Source: Candidatus Uhrbacteria bacterium
GTDB taxonomy: Bacteria > Patescibacteriota > Patescibacteriia > UBA9934
Assembly: GCA_018673485.1 (NCBI GenBank)
Contig: JABHCP010000012.1
Coordinates: 30,393-94,392, forward strand
Direction of reading: 5' to 3'
DNA length: 64,000 nt
The translations under genes and the position numbers were made by a program. Shown one piece after another: positions 18,896-29,270 of this stretch (position 1 is its first letter; each line of letters opens with the position of its first letter). The notes under the pieces were generated by a model. It searched no databases. It had not been told where the DNA came from and saw only the letters and a list, made by a program, of their open reading frames with translations.

Positions 18896-20359
18896 ATGAC
18901 TCCAGCACGAACGCGTTTGGCACCTAGTCCGACAGGTTTTATTCACATCGGAACATTGCGTACGGCACTCTTTGATTATTTTTTAGCAAAGCAAACTGGC
19001 GGTCAGTTTGTTTTAAGAATCGAGGACACTGATCAGAGTAGGCTTGTGGAAGGTTCTTTGGAAAATTTACTCGAGACATTCAAGTCAGTCGGAATTGAGC
19101 CTGACGAGGGTCCGGTTTTGCAAGACGACGGATCAACTATCGAGAAAGGTGAATACGGTCCTTATGTTCAGTCAAAGCGATTGGATATTTACAAGCCATA
19201 CGTTGAGAAGCTAATTGAGCAAGGCGACGCGTACCAGTGTTTTTGTACAAAGGAACGACTTGATGAAATGAGAGAAAAGCAGCGAGCTACGAAGCAGACT
19301 CCAAAGTATGACCGAAAGTGTTGCGCACTAACTGCGGAAGAAGTGAAGGCAAAGATTGATGCAGGAGAATCATATGTAGTACGAATGAAGGTGCCAGAAG
19401 GTGAAACTATTTTTGAAGATATTGTTCGAAATTCGGTTAAGTTTCAAAATTTAGATGTAGACGATCAGGTAATTCTGAAGTCTGACGGTTTTCCGACTTA
19501 TCATTTGGCCGTCGTTGTTGACGATGCGCTCATGAAAATCTCGCACATCGTGCGTGGTGAGGAGTGGCTTTCATCAACTCCAAAGCATATTATGCTCTAC
19601 AAGATGTTGGGGTTTGAAATGCCGACTTTTGCTCACGTTCCGTTGCTTTTGAATCCAGACAAGACAAAGCTTTCTAAACGTCAGGGTGACGTTGCGGTTG
19701 AGGATTATCTTAAGAAGGGCTACCTCGTAGAAGCGCTGCTCAACTTTATCGGCACACTCGGATTTAATCCAACTGGAGACCGAGAGATTTATTCTTTCGA
19801 TGAGTTGGTGGAGATGTTTGATTTATCAAAGGTAAAAAAGAGTGGCGCGGTAATGAACATCGAAAAGCTCGACTGGATGAATAATCAGTATTTGAAAAAA
19901 ATGGAGGCCAAAGACCTAATTGAGGTTGCAAAGCCATTTGTGAGTATCGATCTTGAAAATGAAACGGTCGGCCGTGCTTTGATAATTGAACGCGATCGAA
20001 TCAATCGACTAGACGAGTTGCAAGAAAAACTCGAGCCTTATGTAGCTGAGTTTGCATACGACTCTGAACTCTTGATCTGGAAAAAGGCAGACGCAGCTGA
20101 CGCTAAGGCACAACTCGAAGGCGTTAAGAAGTTCGTTGAAACGTTAGAAGACGCAGCCTTTGTGAATGTTGAAGCGCTCGAGAGGGAAGTGCGCGCATAC
20201 ATCGAATCCAACGATCTGCAAAACGGAAACGTACTCTGGCCACTACGCGTAGCACTATCAGGTGCCGCAAAATCAGCCTCACCATTTGAGTTATTGTGGG
20301 TGTTTGGAAAAGAGAAGGGGATTGAGAAGATCGATAAAGCGATTGGGTTGCTCGCATAA
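18896..20359 (+). CDS. gltX: Glutamate--tRNA ligase
   Basis: RLAPSPTGFIHIG, LRIEDTD, KLSKR. Confidence 0.97.
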   Translation: MTPARTRLAPSPTGFIHIGTLRTALFDYFLAKQTGGQFVLRIEDTDQSRLVEGSLENLLETFKSVGIEPDEGPVLQDDGSTIEKGEYGPYVQSKRLDIYKPYVEKLIEQGDAYQCFCTKERLDEMREKQRATKQTPKYDRKCCALTAEEVKAKIDAGESYVVRMKVPEGETIFEDIVRNSVKFQNLDVDDQVILKSDGFPTYHLAVVVDDALMKISHIVRGEEWLSSTPKHIMLYKMLGFEMPTFAHVPLLLNPDKTKLSKRQGDVAVEDYLKKGYLVEALLNFIGTLGFNPTGDREIYSFDELVEMFDLSKVKKSGAVMNIEKLDWMNNQYLKKMEAKDLIEVAKPFVSIDLENETVGRALIIERDRINRLDELQEKLEPYVAEFAYDSELLIWKKADAADAKAQLEGVKKFVETLEDAAFVNVEALEREVRAYIESNDLQNGNVLWPLRVALSGAAKSASPFELLWVFGKEKGIEKIDKAIGLLA

Positions 20360-20383
20360 CTGACTTGAAAATAAAAAAAAGAC

Positions 20384-20408
20384 AAGGCCGCCTTCACGGG
20401 CGGTCTTT
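20384..20408 (+). terminator. gltX terminator
   Basis: AAGGCCGCC-TTCACG-GGCGGTCTTT. Confidence 0.7.
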
Positions 20409-20482
20409 GGGTTGACAGGTATTGATTTATACGCTATATTCCGAGGCTAATTTCCCTGGCATGTTGCCAGAAAGGAGGAAAA

Positions 20483-20737
20483 TTGGCTCAGTATCAAGAG
20501 ATCAGAACCGTGGCTGGAACTACCCTCCGCATTGGTGGGGTCGGCGGCAGTTACCTGTCTTTCGTTGAGACCGTGACAGAAGGGAATCTCAACGGACTCA
20601 TTACCAAGGGCTGGGAGCTCATCAAGGTCATCACACATTGCTCGGTCGAACACGACATGACTGCGGTTGCCTACGTCGTCGGCCGACCCCCCGGCGTTGA
20701 CCCTGACGGGGACAAAGCTCAAGGGGTCGAAGAATAA
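20483..20737 (+). CDS. Small hypothetical protein (GC-rich, LNxxxxxGWEL motif)
   Basis: TTGACA-17-TATATT at 20413-20441, AGGAGG SD, TTG start, terminator 20761-20791. Confidence 0.7.
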   Translation: MAQYQEIRTVAGTTLRIGGVGGSYLSFVETVTEGNLNGLITKGWELIKVITHCSVEHDMTAVAYVVGRPPGVDPDGDKAQGVEE

Positions 20738-20800
20738 GGGGTACCCCAACCCCGATCACTGGACGCTCGCGCGTAACGCGGCGTCCTTTTTGCTTTGATA

Positions 20801-20840
20801 CTACATTCTACTTTCTACATTCTACCTTCTGCGATATAAT
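20801..20840 (+). promoter_or_regulatory. Heptamer array ending in TATAAT
   Basis: 40 bp identical to reverse complement of 60725-60764. Confidence 0.7.
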
Positions 20841-20873
20841 AAACTAAGACTTATTATAAAAAGCTACTTCAAT

Positions 20874-20911
20874 GGCAACCCTCTCCAGCTCCCCCCTGGG
20901 AAGGGGGAGGG
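20874..20911 (+). repeat. Short family-A element; supplies GGAGG before the M23 gene
   Basis: GGCAACCCTCTCCAGCTCCCCCCTGGGAAGGGGGAGGG. Confidence 0.8.
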
Positions 20912-20918
20912 TAGAACT

Positions 20919-22103
20919 ATGAATTTATATAAACGCATCACATCTGCGATGTTGGTTTTAACTACCGTGCTGAGCTTGTCGGGTGCGGGTTTTGTTTTTG
21001 CGCAGACGGAAGACCTAAACGAGTTGCAAGATCAGATCAGTGTTAGGAAGACGCAGATTGATCAAATTAATGACAAGATCGATGGATATCGTGAAAAGGT
21101 GAATCAGTATGCTTCGGAGGCGGCTAGTTTAGAGACTGACATTGCGATGATCGAGAACCAGGTTGCACTGACTGAGCTTGATATTGAGGCAACGCAGATC
21201 GAGATTGAGGCGCAGGAACTTCAAGTTCAATTGTTGGATCAACAAATCAAGGAACAAGAGGTAGAGATCGCGGTTCAGAAAGAAATTTTGAAGGAAATGG
21301 TATTTGAGTTGAATAAGAATGATGAGGTTGGATTTATTGAGGTGCTGTTTAGCTCGAGTGACTTTAATGAGCTTTTCGCTGAAGTTGAAAATTTGGAAAC
21401 AATAAATGCGGATCTTCAGGATGCATTGGATCAAACCAAGGCTACAAAGGACCGTTTAGAGAATAATAAAGCAGATCAGGAAGATAGGCTGGAAGACCTT
21501 GTGTTACTTGAGGGCGAGCTTGAGTCACAGATGGCTACATACGAGCAACAAGCAAATGCCAAGGATGTTTTACTTGCCTACACAGAAGAGTCAGAGGCGC
21601 AGTATAAGGTTCTGTTAAGCGAGATGCGACAAGAGCAACAGTATATCTCAACACAGATTGCAGCATTGCAGTCTGAGATGGATAGCGCTATAACGTCGAG
21701 TGATGAATATGGAGGCGAGACAATTTTCACTTGGCCAATGGATGGTGTGATAACCGCGACTTTCCATGACCCGACATATCCGTTTCGACATCTGTGGGAG
21801 CACAGTGGGCTTGATATTGCGACGACTGCTGGCACACCGATAGTTGCAGCGGCGCCAGGTTACGTGGCATGGAGCAGATACGGCTCTTCATACGGAAATT
21901 ACGTTATGATCATTCACACTAATGGCTACGCAACACTTTACGCACACATGAGTAGTGCTGCGGTCAGTGCTGATCAGTATGTGAGTAGGGGAGACGTCAT
22001 TGGTTACGAGGGAACAACTGGATTTTCAACTGGACCTCACCTGCACTTTGAGATTCGAGAGAATGGAATCCCAGTCGATCCACAATTGTATTTAGTTAAT
22101 TAA
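20919..22103 (+). CDS. Coiled-coil M23 family peptidoglycan endopeptidase
   Basis: Signal peptide, long coiled coil, HSGLD, YAH, STGPHLHF. Confidence 0.92.
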   Translation: MNLYKRITSAMLVLTTVLSLSGAGFVFAQTEDLNELQDQISVRKTQIDQINDKIDGYREKVNQYASEAASLETDIAMIENQVALTELDIEATQIEIEAQELQVQLLDQQIKEQEVEIAVQKEILKEMVFELNKNDEVGFIEVLFSSSDFNELFAEVENLETINADLQDALDQTKATKDRLENNKADQEDRLEDLVLLEGELESQMATYEQQANAKDVLLAYTEESEAQYKVLLSEMRQEQQYISTQIAALQSEMDSAITSSDEYGGETIFTWPMDGVITATFHDPTYPFRHLWEHSGLDIATTAGTPIVAAAPGYVAWSRYGSSYGNYVMIIHTNGYATLYAHMSSAAVSADQYVSRGDVIGYEGTTGFSTGPHLHFEIRENGIPVDPQLYLVN

Positions 22104-22628
22104 TGAAATGCAGAAGGTAGAAAGTAGAAGGTAGAATGTAGATTTTACGCCGTCATCCTGCCTGTCCTTCCTAAACTCCATGTGGAGCGAAGGCGGGAGC
22201 AACATTGTATTGTCGCCATGCGAAGCCTGGCCCGGCTTCGCCGGGAAGGATCTATTGATTGGTGGGGAAGATCGATAGGTGAGAATAGAAGATTTCTCCC
22301 GTGGGTCGAAATGGCAACCTTGAGGTTTAAGTGGGATTTATAGATTAGATATTTGAAAAGGCAAGATAGAGTTATTTCGTTTTACGACACAAGAGAGAGG
22401 GGGAGTGACACCACCGGAGAAGGGGGTGTTTTTGGTCTCATGAGACCCCTATATGATTAGTGTAATTCACACAATGACACGATGAATTTACAATTTCTAA
22501 TAAAATTTTATATAGACAGAAATTTTTTAATTATATTTGTACTATAGTAGATAATCACCATAAATCTGCTAAAGTTAGTTACCTTTTTAAACTATACCTG
22601 TACCCTGCATCACGTGAAATATACGGTG

Positions 22629-22656
22629 GTGTCGTATAAGATATATTGTGCGACAC
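22629..22656. other. dif-like 11-6-11 recombination site candidate
   Basis: GTGTCGTATAA-GATATA-TTGTGCGACAC in a long convergent intergenic region. Confidence 0.45.
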
Positions 22657-22957
22657 ATAGTATTTAACAAAATGCGCTAGCGCCTTTATGCCCTGTTGTG
22701 TGAAGTTTAAGTTGTTGAAGATGTTTGAAATGTTTATATCGAAAGGGTGGTTTCCCCTGTGTCATCCTGAGTGGAGCGAAGGATCTACTCATTGAACTCA
22801 ACTCGACTCGAGTGGATTCTTCGCAAAGCCTCAGAATAACAATTATTTGAGTTCGATCGAAGTGGGTTAATATGCAATTATTTACTCCAACAAAAAAGCG
22901 TCGCATTCTAATTTTACGACACTCCCCTTTCTCCTTCGATACGCTCAGGATCTTCGG

Positions 22958-23839
22958 CTACTTTACGTAAACTCGATTACCAAATCTCAAATCGATATAT
23001 TCAAGTTCATGTACTGTCTCACCATACTCGTCGATTATGAGCTGTAAGTTATCAAATTGTTCTTGTGAGTCCCCTACCCCGTTGATATAGATGTCAACAC
23101 CAAGGGTCGATCTAACTGTAAGCCAGACTTCATCCTTGTGATCAATGATATAAGAAATAGGTGTGATAGATGTTTGGCGCAGCATCAGATCGAATTCCTC
23201 GATGGTTGATAGTAGTATCGGAGTTACGATTTGCGTTTCTAGCTCGATAGCATGGTTCTCAAGGTCCCAGATTGTGAAAACAGTAGACTGTAAGCTTTGA
23301 GATGGTGCAACCTGAGTGTTGATTTGTTGCTCAACTTCAGCGTGCTCTAGCTCGGATAACTCACGGATTGCAATTCCATCAGAGTCTAGGAAGAACATTC
23401 TATTGTTCGTGACCCATACAGCGCGCGTGATGCGCTCAGAGGCTTGTATGCTGAGCGTTCTACCACTACGCGATACATCTATCATCTTGAGCTGGAAGTC
23501 ATCTTTGAGAGCCTCTTGGAGCTTTTCGGTACGCACAAACCATATGTGTTTACCGGGCAGTACACCTAGGACTGGATTGCTGACAAACTGCCAAGTTGAT
23601 TGCTCTATAGCATCGGGATAAATAGTAACCAAGCCTTCAATCTCAATCGTTTTGATCTGCAGCCAAGGAATCACCATTAGCCCCCAAGTGATGAGAATTA
23701 AAATAAATATCGCCACCGGAGCAATCAAATACTTTTTCCACGAAGACTTATTTTTTTTATGCGCAAACAGCGGATTCTCATATTGAGATCTTTTGTATCT
23801 GGTAGCCTGATGAGATTTAAGAAAGTTACGCTTTTTCAT
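22958..23839 (-). CDS. ftsQ: Cell division protein FtsQ/DivIB family
   Basis: Basic N-terminus, one TM, POTRA-like region, C-terminal YIDLRFGNRVY. Confidence 0.8.
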   Translation of the reverse strand: MKKRNFLKSHQATRYKRSQYENPLFAHKKNKSSWKKYLIAPVAIFILILITWGLMVIPWLQIKTIEIEGLVTIYPDAIEQSTWQFVSNPVLGVLPGKHIWFVRTEKLQEALKDDFQLKMIDVSRSGRTLSIQASERITRAVWVTNNRMFFLDSDGIAIRELSELEHAEVEQQINTQVAPSQSLQSTVFTIWDLENHAIELETQIVTPILLSTIEEFDLMLRQTSITPISYIIDHKDEVWLTVRSTLGVDIYINGVGDSQEQFDNLQLIIDEYGETVHELEYIDLRFGNRVYVK

Positions 23840-23846
23840 AGTTCGG

Positions 23847-23954
23847 TCCCCCTCCTTCCCAAGGAGGGGTTAGGGGTGGTTGCCGTTTGATCTAATTCGA
23901 TCGAATTCAGTTCACCGGCAACCCCCTCCAGCTCCCCCTTGGGAAGTGGGAGGG
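23847..23954. repeat. Inverted pair of short family-A elements around AATTCGATCGAATT
   Basis: 23847-23884 (minus) and 23917-23954 (plus). Confidence 0.85.
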
Positions 23955-23955
23955 T

Positions 23956-25104
23956 TTAGATGATAATTCTTGGTAACAGCGGGTTGATACGCGTTGTTAC
24001 TTCGTAGTTGATTGTGTTTGACCAGCGGGCATGGTCTTCGGCTGTGATTTCGTGCATGCCATCGCGGCCGATTAATGTGACTGTGTCACCTGGTTTTACT
24101 TGTGGTAGCACAGAAATGTCCACAATGAACATATTCATGCAGATGTTGCCCAAGATTCGACATTTTTGTCCTTTAACGATCACATGCGCTTTATCGGAGA
24201 GTGATCTGACTAATCCGTCGTAGTATCCAACTGGTAATACCGCAATACGCATCGGCCGGTCGCTGATAAATGTTTGATCATATCCAACCGGTGTTCCACT
24301 TGCAATGTCTTTAACTTGAGCGACACGTGTTTTCCAGGTAATTATCGATCTTAGTTTGAAAGATGGCTGCTTGTTTGATTTTTGAGTTTTAATTCCGTCT
24401 GACGGCCACATGCCATATTGAGACAGTCCAACACGCACCATTGAGTGGTGAGTTTCAGGATAGATAAGAGTTGAGGCTGAGCACGAGATGTGTGTAAGGC
24501 TCGGCTTGAGTCCGAATGTTTTGCAGACTTCGATCAGCTCGTTGAATTTTTGGTTTTGCTCTAGTGTTATGTGTGGCTTTGTTACTTCCTCTGAGGATGA
24601 AAAGTGAGATGCCAGACTAACTAACTCGACACTTCCCTTTTGTTTTTCGATTGATGCCAACAAGTGCTTGAAGTCGCGTTCCAAAACTCCTTGCCGTTGC
24701 GTTCCGGTTTCGATCTTTACATTTACATACGCTTGTCGCTGTTGCTTTAAAGCTTCGGCGCCGAGCAATCCCACAGTTCGTTCGTCATAAACTGTTTGTA
24801 CGCAACCAAGCGCTACAACGTCCGTAATGCGATCCTCGACTGTATATCCAAGTATGAAGATTGTTGCATCAGGCGCAAGCGCGCGAAGTTCTTGAGCTTC
24901 ATCGATTGAATCAACTGCAAAGTGCTCTACATTGTTTTGTAGGGCAATCTTTGTGATTTGCTCAAGACCGTGGCCGTAGGCATTGGCTTTTACAACAGAG
25001 CAAAAGGCCACTTCAGGATCTAGAAGTGACCGAATTGCTTGAATGTTATTTTTATATGACTCTGCGTTTATCTCAACCCAGGTTTTTGCTCGCATTGAGC
25101 TCAT
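23956..25104 (-). CDS. alr: Alanine racemase
   Basis: VVKANAYGHG, VGYYDG, ICMN, TINYE. Confidence 0.96.
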   Translation of the reverse strand: MSSMRAKTWVEINAESYKNNIQAIRSLLDPEVAFCSVVKANAYGHGLEQITKIALQNNVEHFAVDSIDEAQELRALAPDATIFILGYTVEDRITDVVALGCVQTVYDERTVGLLGAEALKQQRQAYVNVKIETGTQRQGVLERDFKHLLASIEKQKGSVELVSLASHFSSSEEVTKPHITLEQNQKFNELIEVCKTFGLKPSLTHISCSASTLIYPETHHSMVRVGLSQYGMWPSDGIKTQKSNKQPSFKLRSIITWKTRVAQVKDIASGTPVGYDQTFISDRPMRIAVLPVGYYDGLVRSLSDKAHVIVKGQKCRILGNICMNMFIVDISVLPQVKPGDTVTLIGRDGMHEITAEDHARWSNTINYEVTTRINPLLPRIII

Positions 25105-25105
25105 A

Positions 25106-26377
25106 CTATTTTAGGGTTGTGAGTCGTTCTTTGCCGCCCATGTATCCGCGCAACGCTTCTGGAATGATTACAGACCCATCTTCTTGCTGGAAGTTCTCCA
25201 AGATAGAAATCATTGTTCGTCCAATTGCAAATGCTGTTCCGTTTAATGTATGAACGAACTGCGGCTTCCCTTCTTCATCTTTGAATCTTGTGTTTAGTCG
25301 TCTTGCTTGGAAATCAGTACATGTTGAGCATGAATGAGTCTCTCTGTATTTTTCCTGTGAAGGAAGCCAAGCTTCAATATCGTATTTGCGTGCCGCTGGA
25401 AGCCCAAGATCACCAGTTACCATCTTTAGCACTTGATATGGAACGCCGAGCCCGTTCATAAGCTTTTCTTCAATCTCCAAGATCATGTTGTGTTCAGCGT
25501 CTGAGTCCTCTGGCTTGCAGAAGCTAAACATCTCAATTTTATCAAATTGATGAACACGTAGAATTCCTTTTGTATCTTTTCCGTACGTTCCAGCTTCGCG
25601 ACGGTAGCAAGGTGAGAAACCAGCGTAACGCATTGCTCCTTTGCCTAGGTCGAGAATTTCGTCCATGTGCATTGGTCCAACAGATTGCTCTGAAGTTCCG
25701 ATGAGGTACATGTTATCTTTTGGTAGGTAGTAGATTTCATCGTGTCCGCCGTGCTCTAAATATCCCATGGCTCGCATTGATCGTGCGTTTACCATGTGTG
25801 GCGTTGTGACTGGAGTGAAGCCGTATTTCATCACCGTATCGAGTGCGTACTGGATTAGTGCGAACTCAAGCATCACACCATCACCTTTAAGATAAGAGAA
25901 TCTTGCCCCGGATACTTTCGCAGCGCGCTCAGTGTCGATGATTCCAAGCGCTTGACCGATTTCCATGTGATCCTTGGGAGTAAAGCTAAACTCTGGAATT
26001 TCACCAACAGTTCTAAGTACTTCGTTTTCACTTTCGTTTGATGCTACTTTAACGTCGCTCAGTGCTGGGTTTGGAATTTTGTGTAGAAGGTCGTCAAGCT
26101 CTTGCTCTAATGGTTGAAGTTCAGCCTTGAGTTCATCTCCTTTTCTGTCCACTTGTTTCATCTCAGTCAGTATCGCTTCTTTTTCAGCTTCATCTGCTTG
26201 TGGGATTCTTTTTGAAGCCTCATTTTTTTGAGTGGCAATTTGTTGAATGTCTTGTTGCAAAGCTCGAACTAGTTTGTCTAGCTCCAAGACTCGCGTAAAG
26301 TCTATCTCAACGTTCTTGGCTTTTGCTGCCTCGCGAATTATGCTTGTATTTTCACGTAGTTTTTTTAAGTCGATCAT
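25106..26377 (-). CDS. serS: Serine--tRNA ligase
   Basis: GTSEQ, RREAG..RVHQFDKIE, HTLNGT. Confidence 0.97.
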   Translation of the reverse strand: MIDLKKLRENTSIIREAAKAKNVEIDFTRVLELDKLVRALQQDIQQIATQKNEASKRIPQADEAEKEAILTEMKQVDRKGDELKAELQPLEQELDDLLHKIPNPALSDVKVASNESENEVLRTVGEIPEFSFTPKDHMEIGQALGIIDTERAAKVSGARFSYLKGDGVMLEFALIQYALDTVMKYGFTPVTTPHMVNARSMRAMGYLEHGGHDEIYYLPKDNMYLIGTSEQSVGPMHMDEILDLGKGAMRYAGFSPCYRREAGTYGKDTKGILRVHQFDKIEMFSFCKPEDSDAEHNMILEIEEKLMNGLGVPYQVLKMVTGDLGLPAARKYDIEAWLPSQEKYRETHSCSTCTDFQARRLNTRFKDEEGKPQFVHTLNGTAFAIGRTMISILENFQQEDGSVIIPEALRGYMGGKERLTTLK

Positions 26378-26479
26378 ATTTATTTCGAGAAGATCTCTCC
26401 CCTTCGACAAGCTCAGGATCTGTGACTGGGCGTCGAGATGGTGAAAATTCCATTTCGAACGAAGTGAGAAATCTGCTAG

Positions 26480-26884
26480 TTATTTTCTTAACAGTGATGA
26501 TTTGTATGTGTCTGGTTTAAAAGGCCTGAGTTGGATTACTGGAATATCACCGTTGTATTTATCCAGCCATACCGTGATTGCTTTTTCTAGTTCATCTTGG
26601 TCATAGCCAATTGCAATGATGTCTGGTTGGACGATGCTTATTGCTCTAAATGCTCCGATGTCCAAATCACCTGGGATGATTTGAGATATTTGAGACTGCT
26701 TTTTAAGAGCTTCCTTTCTTTGCTCGAACGGTTCAATCGGATCTTTACCCTTGAGCTCACGGACAACCTTGTCTTGAGTTAGGCAGACAACTATGTTGTC
26801 ACCGAGCTCTTTCACTTGATCAAAGAAGTCGTCGTGTCCTGGGTGAAGTCCATCAAATGTACCAAAGACAAGTACGGTTTTCAT
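26480..26884 (-). CDS. Cytidylyltransferase-family protein (RibL-like FAD synthase)
   Basis: FGTFDGLHPGH, PDIIAIGYDQ, YKSS. Confidence 0.8.
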   Translation of the reverse strand: MKTVLVFGTFDGLHPGHDDFFDQVKELGDNIVVCLTQDKVVRELKGKDPIEPFEQRKEALKKQSQISQIIPGDLDIGAFRAISIVQPDIIAIGYDQDELEKAITVWLDKYNGDIPVIQLRPFKPDTYKSSLLRK

Positions 26885-26984
26885 ATTTATCGCTTTTAAG
26901 TTAGAAGATCTCTCCTGGGCGTCGAGATGGAATTTATTTCCATTTCGACCCATGGGAGAAATCTTCTAACGTCGAAGATTTGAT

Positions 26985-28505
26985 TTATCCCTGTTTATCC
27001 TCAGGCTGCGTAGAAGGTGCGCTCGACTCGGACGAGTCTGACGAATCGTGTCTTGGTTTTAGCGCTGGGAACAATATTACATCCTTGATAGTTTTCGATG
27101 CTGTTAGAAGCATAACCAGTCTATCGATCCCAATTCCATATCCGGCCGTCGGTGGCATTCCGTGTTTTAGAGCGGTCAGATAGTCATCATCGATTCGTTG
27201 AGCTTCCTCACTTCCCTGCTCTCGCAAAGTTTCTTGTTCACGGAAGCGATCTTCTTGCTCGAGTGGGTCGTTTAACTCGTTAAATGCGTTACACATTTCC
27301 ATTCCAAGCACTACTAGTTGCGCACTGGCACTATAATGTGGGTTGTTCTCCCGACGCTTTGCAAGTGGCTTCATAGCCGCTGGGTAGTCTGTTACAAAAG
27401 TTGGTTGAATCACTTTAGGTCGGGCGCCATGCTTGTACAGAGCGTCAACAAGTTCTCCATAGCCATAAACTCCTTCGGTCTTAACACCAGTCTCGTCCAT
27501 TACATTGCGTAGTCCAGATTCATCAGTGTAAGCGTCAAGGTCGATTTGAGTGTGCTCAATAATTACCTCGCGGAATGTTTTACGCGGAATGTTTTTAAAT
27601 GACAGTACTGTATCGTCAATCACGACTTCATCCTTTCCATCTGTGATTGCGTGCAGTGCAGCGAGCACTAGACCTTCAAGATGATCGATGAGCTCTTCGA
27701 TTGTGGCATATGCCCAGTAAGCTTCGATTTGAGTGAATTCAGGATTGTGTTGTGGGCTGATGCCTTCGTTGCGGAAGCAGCGTGCAAATTCATAAACCTT
27801 TTCCATTCCACCAACAACTAATCGCTTAAGATAAAGCTCTGGCGCGATTCTTAAGTACAAGTCTGTATGAAGTGTATTGTGATGAGTTGTGAATGGTTTT
27901 GCGTTTGCTCCTCCTGGAATTGGCTGAAGTATTGGGGTCTCGACTTCCATGAATCCATTGCCTTCCAAGAATTCTCGCATTGCACGAACCATTTTTGCGC
28001 GAGAGAGCGCAAGTTTCATTGAATCCTCGTTTGCAATTAGGTCCAAGTATCGCTGACGGTATCGAGTTTCTAAATCAGTGAGTCCATGAAATTTTTCCGG
28101 AAGTGGTAGCAGACTTTTAGTAAGTATGCGAATGGTTTCAGCTTTGAGTGATTCCTCTCCCTTCTTAGTTGTAAACACAGCTCCAAAAAATTCAAAGAAG
28201 TCTCCGACGTCTGATGTTTCAAAAAAGTTATTATAATCATTTTCACCCAAGGTCTGCTTGTGAAGAACAACCTGCATTTTTCCTGAGCTGTCTTGCAGTA
28301 CTACAAATGCAATTCCGCCGTGTTTTCGAATAGCACGAATTCGACCACAGACTGTGATCTTTTCCTGTGACGATTCTAACTCTTCAAAGTTTTCAAAAAA
28401 ATCTTTGGCAGTGTGCGATCGGTGAGCACGAGCAGGATATGGATTTGTCCCACCATCTTGCAATGCTTTAAGTCGATCACGTCGAATTTGTTCTTCTTCA
28501 ATCAT
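26985..28505 (-). CDS. lysS: Lysine--tRNA ligase (class II)
   Basis: RYRQRYLDL, LRIAPELYLKRL, FRNEG..HNPEF, GMPPTAG.GIGIDR. Confidence 0.97.
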   Translation of the reverse strand: MIEEEQIRRDRLKALQDGGTNPYPARAHRSHTAKDFFENFEELESSQEKITVCGRIRAIRKHGGIAFVVLQDSSGKMQVVLHKQTLGENDYNNFFETSDVGDFFEFFGAVFTTKKGEESLKAETIRILTKSLLPLPEKFHGLTDLETRYRQRYLDLIANEDSMKLALSRAKMVRAMREFLEGNGFMEVETPILQPIPGGANAKPFTTHHNTLHTDLYLRIAPELYLKRLVVGGMEKVYEFARCFRNEGISPQHNPEFTQIEAYWAYATIEELIDHLEGLVLAALHAITDGKDEVVIDDTVLSFKNIPRKTFREVIIEHTQIDLDAYTDESGLRNVMDETGVKTEGVYGYGELVDALYKHGARPKVIQPTFVTDYPAAMKPLAKRRENNPHYSASAQLVVLGMEMCNAFNELNDPLEQEDRFREQETLREQGSEEAQRIDDDYLTALKHGMPPTAGYGIGIDRLVMLLTASKTIKDVILFPALKPRHDSSDSSESSAPSTQPEDKQG

Positions 28506-28643
28506 AGAAATAGGTAGTAGTAAGTACGAAGTAGCTAGTAGAAAATAGCCTTTTTACAGACGTATTCTACTCTGTGCGCTTTACCGTGTCAAAATTTTCT
28601 AAATAGGTCCTATGGGTCCAATAGGACTTATACGACCCATTCT

Positions 28644-28669
28644 AAAAGCCGGTCGATCGACCGGCTTTT
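28644..28669. terminator. Perfect 26-bp palindrome (CGATCG centre), probable greA terminator
   Basis: AAAAGCCGGTCGA|TCGACCGGCTTTT. Confidence 0.7.
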
Positions 28670-28713
28670 CTGTTTTTTTACACTGCGAACTGAGTACTGC
28701 GTACTGCGCACTG

Positions 28714-29175
28714 TTATTCTATCGAAATTACTTTGTACTCTGCTTCACCGGCTGGGGTTTGGAGTTTTGCTGACTCTCCGACGCTAAGGCCGAGGAATGC
28801 GTTTCCTAGTGGTGATTCGTTGCTAATTTTTCCGGCCATTGGGTCTGACTCAGATGCGCCAACGATTTCGAAATCTTTTTTATTTCCGTTAATTTCAGCT
28901 CCAAAACGTACTCCAAGGCTGATGCTAGATTCGCCTGACTTCGAGTCAACTATTACGGCATTGCGAATCATGTCCTCGATTTCGATGATCCGGGACTCGT
29001 TTTGTCCTTGGCGATCCTTTGCATCGTGATACTCAAAATTCTCAGAGAGATCTCCAAGTTCCTTAGCTGATCCGATTTGCTCGGATAATTCCTTACGGTT
29101 TACGGTCTTTCGCGTACGAAGCTCTTCTTTGATTGATTCAAGAGCATCTTGCGATAAATACTGTGGTCCTGACAT
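28714..29175 (-). CDS. greA: Transcription elongation factor GreA
   Basis: GDLSENFEY, ISNESPLG. Confidence 0.95.
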   Translation of the reverse strand: MSGPQYLSQDALESIKEELRTRKTVNRKELSEQIGSAKELGDLSENFEYHDAKDRQGQNESRIIEIEDMIRNAVIVDSKSGESSISLGVRFGAEINGNKKDFEIVGASESDPMAGKISNESPLGNAFLGLSVGESAKLQTPAGEAEYKVISIE

Positions 29176-29270
29176 ATTAAGATATGAAACACCGCCCTTT
29201 GGGCGGTTTATTGATTACTGTAATGCTAATAGTAGCCCAATTTTGCAAATATGTCAATGTGGCTGTGGAT

